Virus record (IMG/VR): IMGVR_UViG_3300002920_000014
Coordinates: 1-64,000 of that record
DNA length: 64,000 nt
From: a virus
Direction: 5' to 3' (one strand)
Part shown: piece by piece, positions 48,878 to 55,605 of the stretch
Layout of the letters: every line of letters starts with the position of its first letter
Position numbering within the stretch: position 1 is the stretch's first letter
The notes under the pieces: model-generated
Seen by the model: the letters and a program-made list of their open reading frames with translations, nothing else
Told to the model about the DNA's origin: nothing
Database searches by the model: none
Translations under genes and position numbers: made by a program

Positions 48878-49216
48878 TCACCCGACCACGTTTAAGAACC
48901 GATCATCGTTAAATACATGGTACTTCATCCCGAACTTGTTGGCAAGATCAGATAATGTTTGCTGTCTAATAACGTCACGCTCAGCGTGATGAATGTGACA
49001 ACCACCATCCACATCTACCAAATGAACGCCGCCTTTTGAATCGACGACGAGGAAGTCTACATAGAGGCCGCAGACATAAATATTTCTAAAGTACCGGTAA
49101 CCAATCTGGTCAAGGGAACGCATAAATGACACTTCTAGGTACTTACAAGGTTTAGTCTTAAGAATGCGAGTTTCCCCGCAAACTTCGCACGTTTGATACA
49201 TATTTTTTTGATACAT
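48878..49216 (-). CDS. DUF559/Vsr-like (PD-(D/E)xK-type) endonuclease-fold candidate with N-terminal CxxC
   Basis: ATG at 49216 follows TAAGGAGGAAAAT. The pattern YVDFLVV...LVDVDGGCH resembles DUF559 / very-short-patch-repair-like nuclease cores. Confidence 0.4.
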   Translation of the reverse strand: MYQKNMYQTCEVCGETRILKTKPCKYLEVSFMRSLDQIGYRYFRNIYVCGLYVDFLVVDSKGGVHLVDVDGGCHIHHAERDVIRQQTLSDLANKFGMKYHVFNDDRFLNVVG

Positions 49217-49284
49217 ATTTTCCTCCTTAGAATACACCAGAAATAAATTTAAGTATTCAAGAAGGGTAAGTTCATTCTCTTAAG

Positions 49285-49686
49285 CTAAGAAGCGTTGATG
49301 TTCTTTATGTATTCGCGAAGGAGACTCACCAGCGAGGGCGTAATCAGGAGAACATCAACCTCGTAAGGCCAGGGGAACTCAACCGTGTTAGATGGGTGGG
49401 GGATAGGGGTAGTATCAATCCCGTACCAATCAGAGTACAAATTAAAACGCTTACGATCCTCATCCTCTTCAAAGCACTCCTGAACAAGGTCAAAAAACTC
49501 TCGAAGAGAGAAGAGAAGGTTGTTTATATCCGTGATAACATTGCGATAAGTAAACCCCTTACTCTTGATAACAACGGAACGAGAGAAAGAATGGAAGGAA
49601 AGGTCAATATCTTTATCGACAAGATGAATCGAGCGCTCAGCGTGCTGAGCGAGATTGACTAGACGGATTATTTTTGGTGCAACCAT
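49285..49686 (-). CDS. hypothetical protein
   Basis: 133-aa ORF with TAGGAGGGTATT upstream. It is the last AT-rich gene before the GC-rich island. Confidence 0.5.
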   Translation of the reverse strand: MVAPKIIRLVNLAQHAERSIHLVDKDIDLSFHSFSRSVVIKSKGFTYRNVITDINNLLFSLREFFDLVQECFEEDEDRKRFNLYSDWYGIDTTPIPHPSNTVEFPWPYEVDVLLITPSLVSLLREYIKNINAS

Positions 49687-49769
49687 AATACCCTCCTATA
49701 CTATCCACTAATATGCCAGATTGCCTACACACAAAACAACCTGGCATTTTTTACTAAAAGACGAACTTG

Positions 49770-50207
49770 CTATCTGGCTTGAACGCGAAGACGACGAATG
49801 CCAACAATATGGCCTTGTTCGTCACGTACTTGGGCATCAGGCGAAGTATCTGGGGCGAAAAGATCGGCCCGATGCCCTACGTCAGGAGCATCGATAACCA
49901 TTCCGGATACAATGAACAGCATCCCTTCACAGGGACTTGGTAGGCCTTGCACCGGCCCAAACTCTGTAGCCGAAACAGCCACGTCAAAACAACCCATCGA
50001 AGTGGTGTTTGGTAAAGATACCAACTTTACGGATCGTCTGGCCACGACACTCGTTTTGGCCAGACGATAGTGCTTACCATCCGTTCCAAAAATGTCAAAA
50101 TCGTGGGGTGTGCAGTTAAAAAACGGGCACAAAGGCGTACCCTGCAAATGCGCAGGGATTAGATAAATTGGCCCTTGAGGGCTGTCCAAAATTTCAAAAT
50201 TCTCCAT
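49770..50207 (-). CDS. hypothetical protein (GC-rich island)
   Basis: 145-aa ORF with GGAGATAGATT upstream of the ATG. Confidence 0.55.
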   Translation of the reverse strand: MENFEILDSPQGPIYLIPAHLQGTPLCPFFNCTPHDFDIFGTDGKHYRLAKTSVVARRSVKLVSLPNTTSMGCFDVAVSATEFGPVQGLPSPCEGMLFIVSGMVIDAPDVGHRADLFAPDTSPDAQVRDEQGHIVGIRRLRVQAR

Positions 50208-50456
50208 AATCTATCTCCGCGCCACTTTGGGCTGTCGCTACACCCTGCCACCAATTAAGCCGGTGACCAGCCAGTGGAGCTGTGGGGATTTGCACCCCAA
50301 TCCAGCCCGCCTGCCTTGTCAAGGCCGCCCCCTATCCTGTGCGCCTTCACGGGGGTCTTACGCGGCTCAGCGGGCTGTCGACACTATACCAGCCCCGTAT
50401 TTTGCGCGTGTAGGATGCGCGCCCCCCTTGAATCGACTTAGCGCCTTAATGCCAGT

Positions 50457-51284
50457 TCAGGTATAGACCGGATCATCGCCGGTTTTATTACCGTCTTGGA
50501 CAAATATTAGGTCATGAAGATCGACTTTTACCGTATCGTTACGGTAAAGGACGACCTTTTCCCAAACACCCCGGGTGGGCCTATCATCATGGTAAAACAA
50601 CCCGGGATTTTCATCTTGGTCATAGACGTAACCCTCTATAAGGGCCACGTCAGAGAAACCCAATTTCTCTCCGCCAGCTAGGAGGGTCATACCCTCCCAG
50701 CGGGCGTCTGGATCTTTAATTTTACGACCATCGGAGGTCGTGATTACTGGGTCTTTTCCCAACTCGGGATGAGAGACTCCATTGGCCCAATTACAGGCCA
50801 ACGGGCACTCGCCCATATGGAAAAATTTACCCCCCACAACCACATGGGGAGTGGACGAAAGAATCGAGCGCCTTTCGGCCTCAAGGGCCTGTAATTGGCC
50901 CAAATAGTATATGTAAGCCTTATGGGCCTCCTCGATGGCCGATAGGGCCTCTTCTACCGACGAAAAAATCGTCGGCTCTGGAGTTTCTCTATGCAACCAA
51001 GAGTTGCTGGCATCTACCCCAGTAGGGTTAGCACGCCAGCCCCTCTCCCCCTTCGAGAGGGCCGAGGGGTGGATTTCGACTATGGCCCCCACCTCTAGCA
51101 TGGAGGCCCTACGACCCGGCACAAAAACTGTTTGCGAATTTTTCTGATGGCGTGCCATGCTTAATAGCGCGCCATTCTCAAACAGCTTAACGACTTTGGC
51201 CGCTACAGTTATCGGACCAAAGTCACTAACCGTTCTATACGACGGTAAGTCGGGCAGTTTTACCCGACTGGGTATTTTATCCAC
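50457..51284 (-). CDS. hypothetical protein (GC-rich island; start uncertain)
   Basis: The ORF extends to 51380. A GTG at 51284 is preceded by AAGGGGGG and overlaps the upstream stop (GTGGATAA), suggesting translational coupling. Confidence 0.5.
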   Translation of the reverse strand: MDKIPSRVKLPDLPSYRTVSDFGPITVAAKVVKLFENGALLSMARHQKNSQTVFVPGRRASMLEVGAIVEIHPSALSKGERGWRANPTGVDASNSWLHRETPEPTIFSSVEEALSAIEEAHKAYIYYLGQLQALEAERRSILSSTPHVVVGGKFFHMGECPLACNWANGVSHPELGKDPVITTSDGRKIKDPDARWEGMTLLAGGEKLGFSDVALIEGYVYDQDENPGLFYHDDRPTRGVWEKVVLYRNDTVKVDLHDLIFVQDGNKTGDDPVYT

Positions 51285-51540
51285 GTTTACCCCCCTTAAC
51301 TTTTTTGGCCGCCCGACGAGCGGCCAGTTGAAACGAGTGCGTTGGCTGGGTATGGGGAATAGAAATGTTCTTACGCCCATGAGCCAACGTTAGCTCAATG
51401 GGATTGCCCGGAACAACAGTAAGAACTTTCTCCCCATTTTCCCAAGTGAAATACGGCAACTTACCGGACTTAAGGATTTCAGCAGCGTGACGCTGCTGAG
51501 ACTCAAGTTTTATCCTATCTTTCTTATTCTTTTTGGCCAT
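51277..51540 (-). CDS. small basic protein (GC-rich island)
   Basis: ATG at 51540 follows GAGGAAAAAATC. The longer ORF to 51597 would read through tRNA-like module 1. Confidence 0.5.
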   Translation of the reverse strand: MAKKNKKDRIKLESQQRHAAEILKSGKLPYFTWENGEKVLTVVPGNPIELTLAHGRKNISIPHTQPTHSFQLAARRAAKKVKGGKRG

Positions 51541-51570
51541 GATTTTTTCCTCGTCTTTGCATATATCAAA

Positions 51571-51647
51571 AACACCAGGTGGGATTCGAACCCACAAAAC
51601 CGTTTATGTCAGAGTTGTCTGATGAGACAAGTCTAACATCTGGTGTT
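51571..51647 (-). ncRNA. tRNA-like module 1 (acceptor-like stem + long hairpin + canonical T arm, no D arm)
   Basis: The - strand reads AACACCAG | ATGTTAGACTTGTCTCATCAGACAACTCTGACAT | AAACGGTTTT | GTGGG-TTCGAAT-CCCAC | CTGGTGTT, then TTTTT. Confidence 0.6.
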
Positions 51648-51650
51648 AAT

Positions 51651-51679
51651 AGTTTAACGTCATTTCGGACGGAAGTCAA
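51651..51679 (-). promoter_or_regulatory. sigma70-like promoter (TTGACT-17 nt-TAAACT) abutting tRNA-like module 1
   Basis: The -35 is at 51679-51674 and the -10 at 51656-51651. It is embedded in a 68-nt block identical to 52708-52775. Confidence 0.5.
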
Positions 51680-51737
51680 CAGGCAGTTTAACGTCATGCC
51701 CAGGACGATTTTCACTACGAAAGAACAAAACCCCTAA

Positions 51738-52013
51738 TCACAACCAGGGGTTCTGCTCTTTAATTTCCCGCTGGGTGGCTGCGTCACCCAGCCAAAAATA
51801 ATAATCGAGGTAGAGGAGCATAAGTTGGCGATTAAGCACCAGATAGGTGTCATAATCATCCTCGGTAGCCTCTAGATAGGCTTCTAAGACACGAGGACGC
51901 AAAGCCTCAATTTCACGGCGCAAAATGCGCGCGTATCCACGACGACGGGCAACCCCAATTCGCTCAGCCATTTCATGAGCACGCTTACGAGCGGCACGAC
52001 GGTCTTCGCACAT
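51738..52013 (-). CDS. small Arg-rich protein (GC-rich island)
   Basis: ATG at 52013 follows TAAGGAGAAAAATC. Confidence 0.5.
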   Translation of the reverse strand: MCEDRRAARKRAHEMAERIGVARRRGYARILRREIEALRPRVLEAYLEATEDDYDTYLVLNRQLMLLYLDYYFWLGDAATQREIKEQNPWL

Positions 52014-52045
52014 GATTTTTCTCCTTACTGTTCTTGTATACAAAA

Positions 52046-52116
52046 AACACCAGGTGGGATTCGAACCCACAAAACCAATTATGACAGACTTTGTAAAAAA
52101 TCTGTCATCTGGTGTT
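52046..52116 (-). ncRNA. tRNA-like module 2
   Basis: The - strand reads AACACCAG | ATGACAGATTTTTTACAAAGTCTGTCAT | AATTGGTTTT | GTGGG-TTCGAAT-CCCAC | CTGGTGTT, then TTTTT. Confidence 0.6.
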
Positions 52117-52139
52117 ATAAAGAATGGATTGATATTTAA

Positions 52140-52601
52140 TCAATCCACCCACTCCAGCCCACCGACAAAGTCGGTGGAGTGAACGAAACCGCTTGACGAC
52201 GGGTGGCAACAGCCACCCCATCCTCGAGACCTTATGAATTCCGAAGCCGCCTTATAGTACTCTTCACGGCGCTCTTTCCCCTGATGCCCAGGGAAATTAA
52301 GTTTCATCCAACCAAAGTACTCTCTTTGAAACTCTAACTCCTGAGGAGTTAGCGTTTCCTCGACGGAGGATTCTTCTTCTTCTTCGTGTTCAAACGAAGA
52401 AAGACGACAGGCAGTGCGCAAAAGCGCCTCAGGATCAAAAAGTTCGTCATCATCCCCGTCTATGACGATGACGGGAACATCGTCGTCATCGTCGTCATCG
52501 TCGTTAGAATCGAAACGACGGGCCTTGCTAAGAGCAACGATATTGTTCAGGGCCTGCTCGGCCCAAGTCTCATCAACGGGATTGAAGGTTTCGATAGTCA
52601 T
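52140..52601 (-). CDS. highly acidic protein with poly-Asp and poly-Glu tracts (GC-rich island)
   Basis: ATG at 52601 follows TAGGAGAAACATC. Contains DSNDDDDDDDDVPVIVIDGDDDELFDPE and HEEEEESSVEE. Confidence 0.55.
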   Translation of the reverse strand: MTIETFNPVDETWAEQALNNIVALSKARRFDSNDDDDDDDDVPVIVIDGDDDELFDPEALLRTACRLSSFEHEEEEESSVEETLTPQELEFQREYFGWMKLNFPGHQGKERREEYYKAASEFIRSRGWGGCCHPSSSGFVHSTDFVGGLEWVD

Positions 52602-52640
52602 GATGTTTCTCCTATTCTTGTATTACATTCGCGTACAAAA

Positions 52641-52715
52641 AACACCAGGTGGGATTCGAACCCACAAGACCAATTATGACGTACTACCCACATAGACAGT
52701 ACGACATCTGGTGTT
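52641..52715 (-). ncRNA. tRNA-like module 3
   Basis: The - strand reads AACACCAG | ATGTCGTACTGTCTATGTGGGTAGTACGTCAT | AATTGGTCTT | GTGGG-TTCGAAT-CCCAC | CTGGTGTT, then TTTTTT. Confidence 0.6.
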
Positions 52716-52718
52716 AAT

Positions 52719-52747
52719 AGTTTAACGTCATTTCGGACGGAAGTCAA
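52719..52747 (-). promoter_or_regulatory. sigma70-like promoter (TTGACT-17 nt-TAAACT) abutting tRNA-like module 3
   Basis: The sequence is identical to the 51651-51679 element. Confidence 0.5.
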
Positions 52748-52785
52748 CAGGCAGTTTAACGTCATGCCCAGGACGTGAGGCTGAA

Positions 52786-53121
52786 TTAGTTTCTCGGAGA
52801 AAGTCTATCCAAAATGGGCGGGGGGATCTTGTCCCCTACCCATAAAACCGGTGTTTGTCCCCTCAGACCCACTACGGGGTACTCTTCTGGGGAGACAAAC
52901 GCCCCAACGAAATTTTCCCAAGCTTTCATAAGCTTGGGGTCGTCTGAGACGCCCCCATATTCGTGGAGGAGGGTTATCACCTCCACGAGGAGCTCGTGGA
53001 GGTCCACAACGCCATCTTCAAGAATGTAAGACGGCGCCACAACCCTCTCAACTACTTTTTCAACCTCAATCACTTTCTCAATCACTTTTGGCGCAAAAAA
53101 GCGCCGAAAAAACTTGAACAT
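52786..53121 (-). CDS. hypothetical protein; GC-rich paralog of backbone gene 43386..43796
   Basis: TAAGGAGGACAC upstream of the ATG. Collinear similarity to 43386..43796 over most of its length (see that entry). Confidence 0.6.
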   Translation of the reverse strand: MFKFFRRFFAPKVIEKVIEVEKVVERVVAPSYILEDGVVDLHELLVEVITLLHEYGGVSDDPKLMKAWENFVGAFVSPEEYPVVGLRGQTPVLWVGDKIPPPILDRLSPRN

Positions 53122-53376
53122 GTGTCCTCCTTATAGGCGATTAGAGCGATTTTTACAGCCCCTAGGTAGAGGTACAAGCCTGGGGGCTGTAAAAACGCTT
53201 TATAGGCCCTTGTGGGCCTTGTATGAGGCACTAGAAAAAACACCTAATGCCCCCCACAAGAGTCACAAGGGGTGACGGCCCGTACGGATAAGGCTGGCTA
53301 GGCCCCTGGGTAGCCCGTACACTCCCAGGAAAAGGTCATCCTCGTAATAAAATATACTAATATTTTGGTATTAATT

Positions 53377-53548
53377 ATGTTGATTAAAAAATCAACTATG
53401 CTAGTATTATGTCAGTACGGTGTCAGTACTGACAGGGAAACGCACCTATATCACCTATTATATTATATTAGGTGATATAGGTGCATTTTGCACCCTTCCC
53501 CTGAAAAAACTAGCATAGTGTTGACATAGTTGATTTTTTAATCAACAT
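53377..53548. repeat. 172-bp nested inverted-repeat structure in an AT-rich patch
   Basis: The outer arms are 53377-53404 and 53510-53548; the right arm carries an 11-nt insertion. The central palindrome is GCACCTATATCACCTA-11 nt-TAGGTGATATAGGTGC at 53442-53484. There are inner palindromes GTTGATTAAAAAATCAAC, GTCAGTACTGAC and GTTGATTTTTTAATCAAC. Confidence 0.85.
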
Positions 53549-53647
53549 GTCAGCACTACCCCATTTTAACACGGGGTAAAAAATTTTTTAACTTGTGTTA
53601 AAATTTAATTTTAAACTAGCAAAAAAATTATTTTAACTCATTTTAAA

Positions 53648-53793
53648 CCCCAGCCCCAGCCCCTCATTAGGGCTGGGGCTGGGGGCTGGAGGCTGGGGTA
53701 TGGGGGCTGTATTCGCCCCCATACCCCACAGCCCTTGTGGTGATTACGGGGGCTGGAGGCTGGGGTATGGGGCTGTATTCGCCCCCATACCCC
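53648..53793. repeat. GC-rich hairpin repeat cluster
   Basis: One 15-bp hairpin is CCCCAGCCCCAGCCC / GGGCTGGGGCTGGGG at 53648-53684. There are also two copies of GGGGGCTGGAGGCTGGGGTATGGGG(G)CTGTATTCGCCCCCATACCCC, each forming a 12-13-bp hairpin (53695-53727 and 53762-53793). Confidence 0.85.
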
Positions 53794-53806
53794 AGTTCTT
53801 GAGCCT

Positions 53807-54085
53807 CTAAACCCCGGGGGGGAGAATCGGCTTGGGCCGATTTTCCCACTTCAGCATCATTGCCCTAACTTCCTCGGGCAGACGCGGGTCATCGGGCGTT
53901 ACGACTTCTATCCCGTTTGGGCCACTATATACCCAAATTTTTTCACGCCATAGCCATCTTACCGTGTAGGCTTTTTCCAAAATCAACCCCCCGTCCCGAC
54001 GGAGGGGCCCCCAACACACTGCATGAGGCAGTGTGTCCAGGGTATAAAAAAACCCAATGCGTTCGCGCTTGTTTGACTTTTTCAT
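53807..54085 (-). CDS. hypothetical protein (GC-rich island)
   Basis: 92-aa ORF with GAGGATACG upstream of the ATG. Confidence 0.5.
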   Translation of the reverse strand: MKKSNKRERIGFFYTLDTLPHAVCWGPLRRDGGLILEKAYTVRWLWREKIWVYSGPNGIEVVTPDDPRLPEEVRAMMLKWENRPKPILPPGV

Positions 54086-54119
54086 CGTATCCTCGTTTCT
54101 TTTGATAGTTAAGTGTGTT

Positions 54120-54160
54120 GGAGGCTGGAGGCTGGGCGGGGGCTGTATCAGCCCCCGCCC
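54120..54160. repeat. third member of the GGAGGCTGG-hairpin family
   Basis: GGAGGCTGGAGGCTG is followed by the 12-bp hairpin GGGCGGGGGCTG-TAT-CAGCCCCCGCCC, located between two - strand genes. Confidence 0.8.
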
Positions 54161-54183
54161 AGATGACTTCGACTAGCTTTCGG

Positions 54184-54657
54184 CTAGTCGAAGTCGTATT
54201 CGTATTCCGAGTCGTCAAGGTCCAAGTCAAGGTAGGTGACTTTTGAAAGAGCCTTCTTTATGAACGCTCTTACCTCACCGTATACCGGTCCGCACTGGTT
54301 GAACCAGTGCCAACTGGAATAAGTAGTCAACTTGGACGCAAAGAACTTAAGCGCCGCCCCCACTTGGGGCGGTAGAGGACTTGGGTTACAACCGTACCAG
54401 GCTAGACGGCCTTCAAAGACGCGAATGCGTCCGACGTATGCTGATGAGCGTTTACCCGTACTGTCTACATTGGCCATACGGACGGCGTATATGTTTTCCG
54501 TGTTCTTAACAAACGCCAGCGTCATAAAGCTGGCGTTTGTTATGTTGCCATCTTCACGCTCGACTTCTACAAGTAAGCTAAACCGCCCCGTCGCTTTTTC
54601 TTCTTTTTTGGCGGCTTGGCGGGCGTTTAGGGCGTTTATGTATTGCTTGGCGTTCAT
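54184..54657 (-). CDS. hypothetical protein with acidic C-terminus (GC-rich island)
   Basis: ATG at 54657 is preceded by TAAGGAGGCTATC. The longer ORF start at 54705 lacks an SD. Confidence 0.55.
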   Translation of the reverse strand: MNAKQYINALNARQAAKKEEKATGRFSLLVEVEREDGNITNASFMTLAFVKNTENIYAVRMANVDSTGKRSSAYVGRIRVFEGRLAWYGCNPSPLPPQVGAALKFFASKLTTYSSWHWFNQCGPVYGEVRAFIKKALSKVTYLDLDLDDSEYEYDFD

Positions 54658-54705
54658 GATAGCCTCCTTATGGTTAACGGTTAGCAGTGCCTCAATCTGA
54701 GACAC

Positions 54706-55517
54706 TAGTAAGGGCCGTAACGTATGGCACGTTACGGCCCTTACTATTGGCTCGATTGATACGGGCTACTGTGACGGGCGTCACAGTAGCCCTAATCTTG
54801 TTGATTGCCCCCCTCGGGGTCAACGGGCGGGAGTCCTCATACCCTATGCCAGCTTACCCTCGTACATTGTACTACTCTCAGACTGGCCCGCGCCTCGCCC
54901 CAGCTAGTTGACTTACGATACCTTAAGTCCCTGTTACTGAAACTTACGCGGCTACTCTCTTACTACTCCTGCCGGTTGTCTTTTGCCCGTCTATAGCCAC
55001 TTGAATGACTTACCGTCACCCGTATGGGCTATTCGTGGCTATGGCCCGCGGGCGGGGTAACCCCCGCCCACAAGTAGCGCTAACCGTCTGCGCCTCAGCT
55101 ACGCCCGCGGCCAGCCCAAAACTGGAACTTGTTCCAGTGCTGGTAACGTCTCGGCCCTCACAGCTCGCCTTACGCTGTTCCGAGTTTCGAGGCGTCCCGT
55201 ATACCGCGTCTAGGTATCTAGACTTACGGGTCATCCCGCCCACTCGGGCGACAGCTTCCAGTGACGCTCTTAGGGGCGTCACCGTTAAGGGCGGCCGTTC
55301 CCAGTTCACCGCTGGGCCTCGGGGGCTTTCACCCCGAGCTAGGCTCGCCGTCCTCTAATCATGCGCTTGGGGGGTAACCCGCCCCAAGGGCTTTTCGAGG
55401 GACTTACTCGCGCGGGCGCATTCCGCGCATTAGGCAGCGCTCAATTGTTAAGGAGCGTTTGGGGGCGTTCCGTCTACCCCCTCGGGGGGGCTGGCCCGTC
55501 TGCCAGCCCGTCTTGAC
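54706..55517 (-). ncRNA. candidate large structured RNA or ~0.8 kb structured 5' leader (bounds approximate)
   Basis: There is no convincing ORF on the transcribed strand. At least 12 GC-rich hairpins are present, including a perfect 16-bp stem at 54707-54745 and a 13-bp stem at 54763-54792. GGGGTAACCC-type loops recur. A sigma70-like promoter lies immediately upstream. Confidence 0.45.
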
Positions 55518-55523
55518 ACTGAC

Positions 55524-55552
55524 ATACTACCTCGCCCCGTTAGCGGAGTCAA
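55524..55552 (-). promoter_or_regulatory. sigma70-like promoter (TTGACT-17 nt-TAGTAT)
   Basis: The -35 is at 55552-55547 and the -10 at 55529-55524. An AT-rich, UP-like stretch lies upstream on the - strand. It points into the structured region. Confidence 0.55.
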
Positions 55553-55605
55553 CTGTTTAGCCGTTTTCTTTAATCTGTTTCTCATGTTTTTCATTTTGGG
55601 GCGTC

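Noticed and set aside
51277-52070. The long versions of ORFs 51277..51597 and 51738..52070.
   Set aside because: Their N-terminal extensions read through the tRNA-like modules and U runs. Internal ATGs at 51540 and 52013 have strong SD sequences.
51571-52715. The three tRNA-like modules read as genuine tRNA genes or as attP/tRNA 3'-half remnants.
   Set aside because: They have no D arm and no 7-nt anticodon loop; the loops are 4 or 12 nt. They therefore cannot be decoding tRNAs. An att-remnant reading is unlikely because both acceptor strands are present, there are three copies, the 5' strand starts with A rather than G, and no integrase is in the window. They are kept as ncRNA candidates instead.
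53150-53195. The 13-bp hairpin TTTTTACAGCCCC...GGGGCTGTAAAAA read as an intrinsic terminator.
   Set aside because: The T run is 5' and the A run is 3' of the stem on both strands, so no U tract follows the hairpin in either orientation. It is recorded only as a stem-loop upstream of the 53121 start.
53681-54135. GCTGGAGG within the GC hairpin repeats read as a Chi-like recombination hotspot, being one mismatch from E. coli Chi (GCTGGTGG).
   Set aside because: The host is unknown, Chi sequences are lineage-specific, and a one-mismatch match in G-rich repeats is weak evidence.
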